From: Catajapyx aquilonaris
Taxonomy: Eukaryota
Reading direction: 5' to 3'
Length of the DNA: 64,000 bases
Assembly (NCBI GenBank): GCA_000934665.2
Contig: KZ538120.1
Coordinates: 1 to 64,000 of the forward strand
Positions within the stretch are counted from its first letter, which is position 1. Every line of letters begins with the position of its first letter. A program made the position numbers and the translations under genes. Positions 28,501 through 39,654 of the stretch are shown in pieces. Under the pieces are notes generated by a model that saw nothing but the letters and a program-made list of their open reading frames with translations, made no database searches and was not told the DNA's origin.

Positions 28501-31500
28501 CATTGACCCCGGTCACACCCGTGACCCCGGGCCAGGCCCGACCCGACTCTCCCCCGACCCTCTCGCCCCATCTTGACCTTTCTGGCCTGGAAGAAGGGCT
28601 GGCTAAGATTCTCGCCGCATTCGATTGCGCCAACCGAGGTTAGAACCCAACCTTTTTTATGTTCTTAATTTTTTTTCTGTTTTAAAATTTATTTTGGCAC
28701 GTAGTTTGGGTGGAGCCACATTGTTTACGAGGCGAATTTGTAGACTTGGTGATGAGATAGTGACAGACTTTCACCTTAGACCTTCGAGGGTTTTTTGACT
28801 TCCGGCGGAATCCGCGGGACCGGTTTCAGGGAGGAGTAGCCTTCGACATATCACCTGTGCCCCTCAGAAAACTTGTGACATTCCGTGGATTTGGGGACAG
28901 AAGGGAGGGGTCGCCAATATTCAGATGGAATTGGCCAGAAGGGGCGTAACCCGATTTTATCCTTGTTTCATTGCAGAAGACGACCCCGAGCGACTTGCCA
29001 AAAGAGTGTCGTATCTGAAAGCAGCCTCGGGAAGAGCGGAGGATGTTGACAGCCAGCATCTCAGGTAAGGCGCACATTCCTGTCTGGAGAGCGTGTAACC
29101 ATGCATTGTCTCGATTTTTTTTTTTTTTTCTTTTTGGCTGGTGAAAGAGAGAAAGGGGGGGATAGGGTTTGATTACATAGAACTCACACTTGACACAACA
29201 ACACTTGGACATACCTCTTTTGTTTTTCGAGAGATGCGGCCAACATTTTGTGCACACTGGCTCAGTATGTGTGTCTCGCATTTCCCTCCAGCGGTCCTTT
29301 TAAGTACTTGGCGCCACTTCGCATTCCGCACAAAATCCTGCTGGGCAAGGAAAGTGCCCTGGCGGCTGCCGGGAGCATTCAGAGGCTGAAGCAGTTCTTT
29401 GAAGGAAAGACCCAGGCCAGTCCCGGGCATGATGGGCCACAAGATGGGTGAGCTTGATGGGCTCGATCAGACCAAGTAGAGAGCAATGCTGCGCGCAAAT
29501 CAGATGATGCCAATAATTTTTTGTTCACACTCGGCCTTCTGTTCACCTGTGCAATTATTTTTTTTCTCTCACCTCACTCTTTTCCCACACGCCTTGGTCC
29601 ACTGATCAGATTTTAAACCTCAGTAGGACTGACATCCCATTGGGAAAAATGGTTCGGAATCGGATGTGCAAATTTTACATTTCCGGATGAGTCCAAAATC
29701 CTCCTTTTTGATCCCGTCCTTTGAACTGCAGCGGCATGAGCGCAGGGGTAGCTTGCAGAGCCGATAGTCGCACCTAGCGTATATAGGATTTTGCAACAAA
29801 AAAAAGGCTTACCCACTCTTTTCATCATGCTCAATCCAGAAATGGAGCATGTGGCAGAGGCGAATTGGTACCTGGACTAAAAATCACGGGTTGTGTGTAC
29901 AAGGTGTAATAAAATTCTCGTTTTAAAAATTAAACAATGCGTCTGATTCGAGGGTTAACTGTATAGACACGTCTTATATGACACTTTCATTCATGGGGTT
30001 AATTCCACCTTTCATCCGATTTGTATAGGGAGCCTTGTACATCCGTCATTTTTGCACAGGTCAAAAGGAGTAGCCTCTGCCTCCAGCATGAGATGGGCTT
30101 CCTCTGAATTGCACTAATCATACAACGCATTATGTTGTTGTCACCCTTTCGGTGAGAGGGATGTCAGACGTGTGACTACATTATTACCGATGCCTCCCAA
30201 AGAAGGACAGGGCCCTTTCGCTTCAAGAGCGAACGATTCACTTGTTCCCCATACAAATGACTGCAAATTGAGGAACACTTTCTCGTGACTCATACGACTC
30301 ATTAGGCCTCTCATTGTGCTGGTACTAATGGTTGGCAGGAGTGTGCTCTTTTTTTATATATATACTAGCGTGGAGTGTGCATGCTCTTTTTTTGATAACA
30401 TCGTTGCAGGGAGTGTGCCTAGTGCAGTGTGTTGATGTGTGGACTTTTGTTGCCTCTAACGTGTGTTTGTGGAGTGGCACGAGTAGGTCGTCTGACGCGT
30501 TTGCACTACCATATACTGCCGGGACGTACACAAATCGGAGCAAAGTGTAGCGATTGACAGTAGATAGATGACGACTAACAGCTGGTTGTTTTCAGTACAG
30601 TAGTACAAATTCCGACGGTTCCTATGATCATAATCAGGCCGCTGAGTTGGGGTCGGTTGAGTAACGACCCAACGACAAAGACGCCCCCGTTTGAACTCAC
30701 CTTCTGATTTGGTCATTGGAACCTGCAAGCTGTGCTATAGAGTTGGTTCTAAATGGACGTGTTCTGCAGCGGCAGCGAGGTTGATGGCGGGCGTTCAACC
30801 CAGAGCATCCAGAAGCTGCGGGCTCTCTTCGGCGAGAGAGGCGGCAGTGGTAGCGGGTCCTCCTTGTCCAGGGACAAGGAGAACCTTCCGGACAACGTGC
30901 AAAGGGCGGAGGTGGCCCGAGAAGGTTGGCTCCAATGCAAGCTGACACTATCGGACGGAAAGGTAAACGCCCCTGTGAGTTCAACCCAAGAGATGGCTTT
31001 GACCAAAATATTGTCGTTGCAGAGGGCTGCCGATCGGTCCTGGAAGCAGTTCTGGGCGGTCCTTCGAGGGAAGATGCTGTACTTGTACAAAGACAGGAAA
31101 GAAGTTGGCCAGGTAAGGCGCCCGTTACGTTACCGTAAAAGCGTGACTCGGGAAGATTCGGTGCGAGAATTATGGGGAGAGACGATTCTTTCGACAGGGA
31201 TTGTTGATGCGGATCGGGTGTCGGGGGGATATATGCAGTTCGTGGTGCATGTCCGTACGGCGGTACGGTGATTTTGTAGGCCGAGTGCCGTTTCGAAAAA
31301 AATTATTTTTGCAGGTACTGCAATGTGGGAGTGTAGCCCTGACATAGTGCCGTCACGATGAACTTTAGTGGCTTTGGGAGGCTAGTAAAACGAGCTGAAG
31401 AAATAAAGATAACATCCAGAAGTGCTTGTAGACCTCGCCTTAGTGTAACATCGCATTCAAGATTGCGTCGTAAAAACATGTTCGTGCTCCCGCAGAGCCG

Positions 31501-34500
31501 TTTCGTACTTTGGTGATATATCACTGCGTCCCGTTAAACCAGGCTCATTGTACCGTGCGGTATATTTTGCAGAAATGTACGAATAGTGACACACTAGAGA
31601 GCCTAATAATGCTAATGACGGCTTCGTCATTGTGTTCGGAATTAAAGAGCGGAAGCCCGCATTGTCATAAAGTGAAACAGCACAGCGATTATACAGTGCA
31701 TGAAAATAATGCGGATTTTTTTTTTTGACATGTGCATTTTTGACGACAATAAACTCCTTATTAGTGCACTGCGACCTAATTTTTCCGAGGACATATTTGA
31801 TCGCTAATCTTGGTCGCCTTTACGTATAACAAAAAAGAGAGATCGTACCGAATGTCCATGGCGATCAAGAGAGGATGGATGCAAATCAAAGGCATGAAGC
31901 TTACTGTTAGTACATAAGAGTTCCGCCCCCAATAGCATGAGGGGAAAGTATCCCTGGAGCAAGAAGGAAAAGCCAAGGTTGCTGTCGTGAATAGGCTGGC
32001 GATCACAGGCTGGGTTGGATTACGGAAGGTTTATCGCAAGAGGAAGGTGGATTTCCGGCCGACCTGCGATTGGGGATTCTGGAGGCGAGGCGCATTTTGC
32101 AAGCCGCACTCTTTTCTCGGGGATTTTGCGGATTTTGGCTGCGTCTGCTGGCTGGGGAGGATCGTCCCGTTTGTTTGAAGGGGGGGAGACTGGATAGTAG
32201 GGTATGGGCGGATGGGGCCAGTGAGTGATTGGTGGCGATTCAGCGGGATGCCTTTCGGTACTTACAGGGTCCGGGGAAGGCTCAAGAGGTGGAATTCCAC
32301 GGGATCTTGGGTAGGTGAAGAGCATCGAAGAATGTGACTTGATGGTAATATATTTTTGACAGTGGCTGTCAAATGGGTGCTATTGGCTGCAGTCAGATTA
32401 TTGCCTTAAGTATTGCGATTGCAGAGGAGAGAAAAATATTATTCATATACAAACAGTGTTTAGCATAATCCGGACAATATGGGTTTATTTTGCAACTTAA
32501 TTATTTTGAGTACGTAGGACTGGTTTTAAAAATACATATTTTCCGACAGTCTCCGCAGGGTTTGGATGAGCACTCGGTGGATTTGAAGAACAGCACGGTT
32601 GACATAGCGGGTGATTACACTAAGAAGAAGCATGTGTTTCGGCTCAACACCTTTGGCGGGTCGGAGTACCTCCTGCAGGGGGAGGATGGAGATGATATGC
32701 TGCTTTGGATCCGGGCGCTTCATGAAGGCCCGCCGTCAACTGTGCCAGAAGGCGGAGCGTCTGGATGGAGTGATCCGGATGGCCTGATGCTTCTAAACCA
32801 CAACAACAAGGGGAGTGGTGGAATCCGGAAATTGGCTCCTTTCCGGAGCCGTTCTCCAACTGGTCATTCCCCGGTGACCAAGACTCGGAAGCAGAACTGC
32901 ACTGATGCCACCCTTGTTGACCTTCCATCGCCAAAGAACAAGACCTGGAAGGGGAGGGTCGCTCGTCAGCTTAGAAGGATACAGGGTAGTAGCCCTACGG
33001 CAACGCAACACAATCCGCAGGAAGGAGGTGCCATAGGGGTGCCTCTGGAGACATGTGCAGCATCCAGTTTCTCTGAATGCGTACCTCTGGTAGTGGAAGT
33101 GTGCACCAGCATAGTTGAAGCCAGGGGATTGGAAGTGGTGGGGATCTACAGGGTTCCTGGTAACACAGCCGCAGTGGCATCACTTGCCGATGGGTTGGGT
33201 AGAGGTGGGCTGGACCTGCAGGATCCAAGGTGGAATGACGTCAATGTGATATCTTCACTGCTCAAGTCATTTTTTCGGAAGCTTCCTGATCCGTTGCTGA
33301 CATCAAGGCTGTACCCGGCTTTTATCGAAGCAGATAAAATACAGGATCCAGCAAGGCGGTTGCTCACACTCAAAAAGCTGGTGAGTTTGGTGTTCGGCAT
33401 CTTGATACTAGTGTAAAATAAAATGCACCACCTTGTTATGTTGTGGCAGTGTAACCCTCAAGCAGATATTTTCCGCATTATATTCTCTACATAAGTGTTA
33501 GGGCATTTACCAGAAAGGTAGTGCTTAACTGTAACTGTGCTTTAGGCTGAATTTGTGCAAGATCTTAGGATGTTTTCATAGGTGGCCACATTCCATGTTG
33601 AGTAATGTGCCCTTCATTCTGCAGATTCATGAGCTACCTGATCATCACTTTGAGACTCTCCGCTACCTCCTCCGCCATCTGCAAAGGATAGTCCGGCATA
33701 GTTATGCTAACAAAATGGAAGCCCGCAACCTGGCCATTGTGTTTGGTCCGACCATTGTCCGGACAGCCAATGACAACATGGTGACAATGGTGACGGACAT
33801 GTCACACCAGTGTCGGATTGTGGAGACTCTTATTGTACATGTGGGTGCTGCCTTTTTTCTCATTTAGATTTTCTGGAGACGCATGCTATAGGACATTCAT
33901 CTTTTGATTGTCGATGACTATTTAAATGTTTCCTGACAATGTTAAAAAATTGAGATCCATAATTTGTGTGGGTATTGCAATAGACCCAAGACAACAGCTG
34001 TTGAGATACATATATTCAGGCTATAAATGGCATATGTGAATATGTCACATGTGACACTTGGAATCATGGCAGAAAATGTTCTCAGACTGCCAATGCATGA
34101 AATTCTTCCCATCCAGATGTCTCTTAATCTGTAAGGGTATTATTCATGCAATATTAATTTTACATTCATCTTTACTGGTGAGATATTTTGATATCGATAT
34201 ACTCACTGTTGGGGATGGAACATTTTTTATTCTGAACTGTAGGTAGCTTGAAATAATAATTACAGTACGTGTGCCACGTGTGTAGTGGGTGATGTTAAGT
34301 GCATGCATGCCGATACATTGGAATTGCTATATCTTTCTCCAGGCGGACTGGTTTTTCTCGGATGATGACGGGGCAGACTGGTCAGCAAACCACAACGTTC
34401 CAGTCGACATTCCACAGGAGACGGCTGAGGCAGACGCACCCGTTTCCAATCATAATCTGCTGCTGAACAATATACAGAAAGTCGAAGGTCAGTTTTCCCA

Positions 34501-37500
34501 GACCCACACCCACCACTTGATTTGACGTAAATTATTTTGAGTGTGAGCTTTGGATTTTTGCCACACTGTTAGACCTTAGTTGTGAGTTTGGCTCATGTAT
34601 GGGCATGAAACACCCTAGTTTCATGGCTGTAGAGTGTCTTTTATTCCCTACAGCATGGCAACATTATTTTGCTTTATTTGGGCTGATGTGGCTTTTTTTT
34701 CTCTTTTTTCCTCCCAACGCCCGTCCCCGAACCCCCGACCTGCATCTCCCCCTGTTCTTTTGCATATTTATGCGCAGGCATGAAATGCGATTCGTCCAGT
34801 AAAGAGATCAGTGCCAAAGAAATTGTATCCTCCATCATCTCTGCAGCCAATAGGAAAATGCAAAAAAAGCAAAAGAAGACTGCTGCTGTTGGTGTCAGCG
34901 GAGCAGGCGGCTGTGTCAGCAACAATGCCAAGGACAAGGAGGTCAGTGCCTTCGCTTACTCAGGATGCAGATAAGTAGCAATGTAGGAAATAAGCAGAAT
35001 TCAGTTGACATTTGAAGATTTTTATCATCCAGTTGCTGCTGTCACAGGGCATTGACTGCTGTTGCAGTGCACTTTTCTCCTTCACTTTTATCACAATTGG
35101 TATCATCCCTATCAGTGCATTTTTAATTAGCTCGAAGTACAGTGTCTTAAGGATTTTATTCATGTGGACTTAACAAAATCTTGGTTAGCAGCTGTGAACT
35201 AAGGCGACCATACAGTCCGTTTACTGAAAGAATGAACACACGTCACAGTTGACGTCACGATTTTTTATGCATGGACTTGGTGCACCCCGTGTGACGTCAC
35301 GCAGGCATGCCACCGCAAACCGTAAACAGTAGTGACGCGTTCCCAACGGATTTCCTAACCCGCAAGGTTGGCACTATCTACGGAAGATCTGGGGGGGAGG
35401 AAGGAGTTGCAGTGGGGTTGGGGCGGGCAACTGTGACGTGTGTTCATTCTTTCAGTAAACGGACGTGTTAATAATATACGGAAAATGATTATTTTATGCA
35501 GCTGTCGAGGCACAACCAACGCAGCCTGGAGGAGAAGCCAGTTGGATGGTTACCTGCTCCAACTGGAGTCATGACTTCCCCTCAGCACCGAGAGGAGCAA
35601 TCTTCTCCACTTCCAGCTGCCACTATGTCTCCCCAACAGCGCATGGCCCTGAGTGAGCGCCTGGGTGATGACACTGCGGCCATCCGCACCTACTCGGGCC
35701 TCTCAGCCAGCACTAGGGAGCGGATCCGGCAGTTTGAGCTGGAGACCAAGGCAATGCTGCATCGCGACCTGCACCGTCAAAGGCGGGAGCTGGAGCGAAG
35801 GGAGGCAGAGAAGCGGAGGATAGATGCAGAGTGGGTAAAAGCCAAGCGTGACTTGGAGAGTGAGGACTTCTTTGACCGGCTGGCCGACAACCCCGACATG
35901 CTTCGGCGACATGATTATTACTCTGGTGTTCCGTATGTGCCCCCGCAACGGCCCCCTCCACCCCTTCCACTGCCCCCAACACAGCAGCCACCCAGGCGAG
36001 GGAACTCCATGGAGGACCTACTCAGGGCTGAAGCTGCCCGCAGTTCAGGATCGCTGAAGAGGCATAAAGCAATACCAAAGCAGGACGTGGCTCCACCACT
36101 CAACCCAGGCATGGCTGGTATCCGGAGCGGATCACTGGACTCCCTCAGGGAATTTTATTTTCAGGATGGCACAAAGGAGGATCCAGGTTCCAGTGGGAGT
36201 TCAGATGCAGGTGAGATCGAAGCAGCCATGCCTCAGTCAGGAGGTGCAACTGACTATTCTTGGATGGTCTGGAAGGTCACGTTATCACAATGCATTAATG
36301 CCACTCTCTTAAAAGCTGCTGCATCCACCAGAATGATCAGTTGCACCTTTGGTCCGGAACCGTCACTTCATCGTCTTTTTAATTTGCGCATTGATTTCCT
36401 CCCGCAGCTAAGAAAGGCAGAGTGTACCATATTTACGTCCATAAAGCAACATAGTAGATGGGGAGGAACAGGAGGTACGATTGCGTGATGTGATGTACCC
36501 TAATGACCAGTGTGTGTGGATGATTGAGCTTTAACCTCGATTTGTGAGTGGGATTCAGTGTGCACAGTAATTGTACCTCACAGACAGTTTGGTTTATTTG
36601 AACTGGAGCTCAATCTAGACTCCCCGAAATCAAACTGCTGTGAGTTGCAGTTACATTATCATCTGTCTCCCCTTCCGAACATGCACTGCCTTTCTTTGTT
36701 ACTCTGTCAGCTTTGTTTGCTTGGCGTTTATGTGCATGTGTTCCGGTTATTGAGTGCTTTCATTGTGCTTTAGGGAGTGATCTCTTGACGACCATCACCA
36801 CGACTTTTGACCGCAAGCTGAAGCTTCTCCTTGATCCCGTTCAAAAGGAGGATGGCGACGAATCTGAGAAGAAGAAGGAAGCACAGAGAAAGGAAGGGAA
36901 GGTGAGAGTGCCTTTTTGCGTGTTTTATTATTTTAATGACACCATAGGAAGTACAGCATTTGATTTCATTTTTCATGCATGAACAATGAATGCCAGAAGT
37001 CGCATGGGTCACGTGGGATGACCCATAAATTATTAGTTAATGTCACATGCCATTTTGGATAATGTTATCGTCACTTGTTGCATATACAGGTTTACCCACA
37101 TTTACGTGAAATGTCACCGGGTAATGATGACCCTGCAATTGAATTCATTTCACAGAGGAGTGCAAGCGCCAAAGTGCGTCGCTCTGATTCTCTGAGTAAA
37201 ACGGAGAAGACCGAGTGCAACATGAAGGCAAAGGAAGGCATGTCAAAGGTCAAGAGTGAAGGGGAGAGGTCAAGCCGGAAGACATGGCGGCTGAACGGCT
37301 CAGCATTGAAGCGCCGTCACACAGTGGGTGGCACCAAGGACTTTGAGGGTCTGCGGTGGGTTGCACTGGGTGTGGGAGTGGGTGTCTTGGGCCGGAAGAA
37401 GGTGAGCCGGATCTCAGCTTGGGATCGTCTTCAGCCTGTTGTGGATGATGAGGGGCTCAATTCCCAGAGGAGCCTCCAAACCTGGCTCAAAAGGGAGAGG

Positions 37501-37674
37501 TTCCTCAGAACCAGCTCCCCAGATTTGACTGCCGAAGCTCCTAACACGGACACTTGGCCAGGGGGGTGGGGTTTTGGTCCAGGCGGTTTGGGATGGAGGA
37601 GGAGGAGGAGGCACAGTTTGCACGAGACGGGAGGGGGGAGGTTGTGTTCTCTACCGCTTGAGTCGCAGGTTTGA
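7526..37674 (+). CDS. RhoGAP19D: Rho GTPase-activating protein, ARHGAP21/23 family (PDZ-PH-RhoGAP). Full spliced model join(7526-7567,19634-19759,19820-19937,20010-20143,21254-22352,24915-25169,28357-28638,28977-29064,29292-29447,30770-30962,31023-31112,32550-33380,33625-33840,34343-34487,34778-34941,35502-36210,36774-36901,37156-37674), about 1764 aa
   Basis: PDZ segment [14 protein letters not shown]...[10 protein letters not shown] is characteristic of ARHGAP21/23. PH domain REGWLQCK...[13 protein letters not shown]...[10 protein letters not shown]. RhoGAP domain with arginine finger GIYRVPG and [14 protein letters not shown]. All junctions are GT-AG and phase-consistent (5295 nt total). 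Confidence 0.9.
13293..13519. other. Assembly gap (N run) flanked by poly-C and poly-G
   Basis: 227 N characters. Confidence 1.
19634..19759 (+). CDS. RhoGAP19D: RhoGAP exon, PDZ N-terminal part
   Basis: [55 protein letters not shown]. Confidence 0.93.
19820..19937 (+). CDS. RhoGAP19D: RhoGAP exon, PDZ middle part
   Basis: [51 protein letters not shown]. Confidence 0.92.
20010..20143 (+). CDS. RhoGAP19D: RhoGAP exon, PDZ C-terminal part
   Basis: TTCTGGCAG|(G)[50 protein letters not shown]. Confidence 0.93.
21254..22352 (+). CDS. RhoGAP19D: RhoGAP large low-complexity exon
   Basis: [21 protein letters not shown] is in frame with ORF 21305-22411. Donor TCAG|GTGGGT, phase 1. Confidence 0.88.
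23764..23925 (+). mobile_element. Degenerate SINE with V-domain-like core (tentative)
   Basis: Decayed A/B-box-like head followed by TGTATTTGCATGAGTTTTCCACGGATTCTCCTATTTTCTCCCACATTCAAAA. This resembles my recollection of the V-SINE core GTGGGTTTCCTCCGGGTGCTCCGGTTTCCTCCCACA. Confidence 0.35.
24915..25169 (+). CDS. RhoGAP19D: RhoGAP exon (acidic tract, RQNSYLAAV)
   Basis: ACAG|(G)SPTRPNLSG...LHCDPPVGY...[13 protein letters not shown]...[21 protein letters not shown], phase 1-1. Confidence 0.82.
27522..27638. mobile_element. Palindromic Tc1/mariner-type MITE
   Basis: TA|CAGGGTGAC...AAGTCTGGACACATAGGTAA...ATTGTATTGTTGGTTG pairs with CAACCAACAATACAATTACCTACGTGCCCAGACTT...GTCACCCTG. Confidence 0.8.
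28357..28638 (+). CDS. RhoGAP19D: RhoGAP Pro/Thr-rich exon (possibly a cassette)
   Basis: Polypyrimidine tract + CACCAG acceptor. Encodes ...[16 protein letters not shown]...[14 protein letters not shown]...AFDCANR. Donor G|GTTAGA. 282 nt, phase 1-1. Confidence 0.72.
28977..29064 (+). CDS. RhoGAP19D: RhoGAP exon (KRVSYLKA)
   Basis: TTGCAG|(E)[36 protein letters not shown], phase 1-2. Confidence 0.82.
29292..29447 (+). CDS. RhoGAP19D: RhoGAP exon (possibly a cassette)
   Basis: [70 protein letters not shown], 156 nt, phase 2-2. Confidence 0.75.
30770..30962 (+). CDS. RhoGAP19D: RhoGAP exon, start of PH domain
   Basis: [30 protein letters not shown]...[24 protein letters not shown]. Confidence 0.88.
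31023..31112 (+). CDS. RhoGAP19D: RhoGAP exon, PH domain
   Basis: [42 protein letters not shown]. Confidence 0.92.
32550..33380 (+). CDS. RhoGAP19D: RhoGAP exon, end of PH domain and first half of RhoGAP domain
   Basis: ...[41 protein letters not shown]...[28 protein letters not shown]...[18 protein letters not shown]...LKKL|GTGAGT. Confidence 0.95.
33625..33840 (+). CDS. RhoGAP19D: RhoGAP exon, second half of RhoGAP domain
   Basis: [27 protein letters not shown]...[19 protein letters not shown]...[16 protein letters not shown]. Confidence 0.95.
34343..34487 (+). CDS. RhoGAP19D: RhoGAP exon (end of GAP domain, ADWFFSD)
   Basis: [18 protein letters not shown]...[20 protein letters not shown]. 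Confidence 0.9.
34778..34941 (+). CDS. RhoGAP19D: RhoGAP exon ([12 protein letters not shown])
   Basis: GCGCAG|(G)[30 protein letters not shown]...AKDKE|GTCAGT. Confidence 0.88.
35213..35467. mobile_element. MITE with perfect 37-bp inverted repeats
   Basis: GTCCGTTTACTGAAAGAATGAACACACGTCACAGTTG (35215-35251) is the exact reverse complement of 35428-35464. Left end reads TA|CA. Confidence 0.85.
35502..36210 (+). CDS. RhoGAP19D: RhoGAP C-terminal region exon with coiled-coil-like segment
   Basis: ATGCAG|LSRHNQ...[24 protein letters not shown]...[18 protein letters not shown]...[14 protein letters not shown]. Confidence 0.85.
36774..36901 (+). CDS. RhoGAP19D: RhoGAP penultimate exon
   Basis: CTTTAG|(G)[48 protein letters not shown]. 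Confidence 0.85.
37156..37674 (+). CDS. RhoGAP19D: RhoGAP last coding exon (alternative in-frame start at 37090)
   Basis: [28 protein letters not shown]...[13 protein letters not shown]...SAWDRLQP...LRTSSPDL...LPLESQV*. Confidence 0.82.
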   Translation, partial: RSASAKVRRSDSLSKTEKTECNMKAKEGMSKVKSEGERSSRKTWRLNGSALKRRHTVGGTKDFEGLRWVALGVGVGVLGRKKVSRISAWDRLQPVVDDEGLNSQRSLQTWLKRERFLRTSSPDLTAEAPNTDTWPGGWGFGPGGLGWRRRRRHSLHETGGGRLCSLPLESQV

Positions 37675-38126
37675 GTTGCGTTTGGACTACAGTAGGCTTC
37701 CCAATCCCTCTCAAAACTGTGAGCGTAGATATTAATGTCGATGCCTTTGTGTACAAGTATTGTGACTTTGCGTACATCCCACAAAAGGTAGTTCAATTTC
37801 TTCACCTCATTCTTCTATAGAATCTATAATGTCTGACGCAAGTTTTGTCCCCTGCTGAGCGCTGCCGTGGCTTTTGATGTGATACTTTGGCATTGTTGGA
37901 ATGGTTGCAATACTTTTAAACAGAGGTCGTCATGACATAAGGTTTGAATCTGTGATCAGTGCAGTGACAGTGAATTTTGTGAGTTGGTGGCTGCAGTATT
38001 AATGAACCGCAAATGTTTTATCTTTTATTGAATTTTTGGAGCGTTTATGATATATATTTTTGTTTTTGTACATTTTTTGGTGGATGCTGATTGTAAATTA
38101 CACTTTAAAAGAAAGACACTACATGT

Positions 38127-38132
38127 AATAAA
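38127..38132 (+). promoter_or_regulatory. Candidate polyadenylation signal of the RhoGAP gene (second AATAAA at 38439-38444)
   Basis: AATAAA about 450 nt after the stop, in an AT-rich 3' region. Confidence 0.45.
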
Positions 38133-39654
38133 GTAATGTGTTCAGAGTGCTATAAATGTGACGTCAAGAGGTAGTGGGAAGCCTAATGGGTGCGTATACT
38201 TTTTTTTGAAGTCGCAGAATTTACCAAGTCAACAAAAACCGTGATTTAAATCATATGTGTATGAATGTGTACGTGTGGCTCAGCCGTCCAGTGCGTAAGT
38301 GACTCCCGTTTTTTGTAAGCATGAATTTTTTCCCCCGAAGCACACATGAGAAAGCAATCTCAGCTATTTTTTTTTTTTTGAAGTCGCAAGTTAGGTGGTT
38401 CAGTATTTCATTCGTGTGTGTGCAAAAAACATGGTGCAAATAAAACTTTTGAACACTGTTGTGAAGTTTGGTGGTCAGTGTTTGTGTGGACATATTGTAA
38501 AAAAAAAAAATCAATGATAAATAAGCAAAAAAAAAAAAGCAACTGAAACAATGCTCTGTAAAGTGAGTGCTTGTACTGTACATAAATGACAAGAAAATTT
38601 TTAGCCTTGCCACACCTGTGTTTATTTTGACCTCATGCGTTCTTATAAGCTTTATGATGGACTTTCCATGTACGGTACCGGTAGTTGTAAGTTCAGCTTA
38701 ATATTTTACAGCCTGCTTTGCAAGCTTAGTTCCAGCCAACATTTCACGGAAGGAGGTAAGTGCCCATTTTCACTGACCGAGAACGAGCATGTGAAAATCT
38801 GTCTCTTATCGCTCCGGACTAGTCAAACAATATTTTGAGGACAGATTTTGCATGCAAACTTCCCTGCGGTACGACACGCATTCCATGCCGTTCCACCACC
38901 ACTTGACGCACCATACTCATGACATTATTCACGTAGGCGGGGTTCCAACATTGAGATACTGCTTCCAGCACGTGAAACAATGCTATTAGCCCGCATTGTA
39001 TGAATCGCGTGTGGAGTGCCAATCGGCATCCAGCATTTAATCTCTCAAAATGTTCCGGTTTCTAAGAACATATGCTGTCAGTCGATATAAACGAGCTAAC
39101 TTTTCGCATTGTGTCAAAGTTGCGCAATTGTTATCCTTTGGGTGTGTGGGCGGTGCTGCCACCACTCCTGAAAAATAAGTGATGGCTCAATTACAGGGAC
39201 GGAAAAGTGGCAGCCTTAATTTGGAGCTATTGACACCGGCTTCCTATTTGGCTTTATACCAATGTACGTTTTCCGTGAGGGCCAGCCATTAATCAGGGAA
39301 GGAACACACACAAAAAAAAGAGAATCACAATGATGGTTCACCACGAGGATTACTGCCATGAGAGCAGCTTGCAAAAAAAAACAATGTATAAACTGCTGAA
39401 AAAAAATTGGCACGAGGGAAATTTCCCACTAACTTGTCTCCACGCGTAATTAATGAACTTGCAGCGTGACAAAAAGGGTTAAATGGATTTTCTAACAGTT
39501 TCTCGACTGCGGTACGCATGTATGCGCAAATATTTGCGAGCAGATTTATAGGGTGCAACAGCGTTGGGACCGATCTTGCCGCACTGCTTAAGTCAGGCCG
39601 GCAAGAATTGTTTAAAAAACCTAACCTAACCTAACCCACCCTAACTAGAGAGGC

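Noticed and set aside
28055..28633. 192-aa minus-strand ORF
   Set aside because: Antisense to the Pro-rich RhoGAP exon.
30410..30550. Acceptor-like TTGCAG at about 30409 before a hydrophobic ORF
   Set aside because: An immediate stop (TAG) occurs in the phase required by the flanking RhoGAP exons.
36211..36488. Extension of ORF 35496-36488 beyond the donor
   Set aside because: A strong CAG|GTGAGA donor at 36210 and a phase-matched next exon indicate intron read-through.
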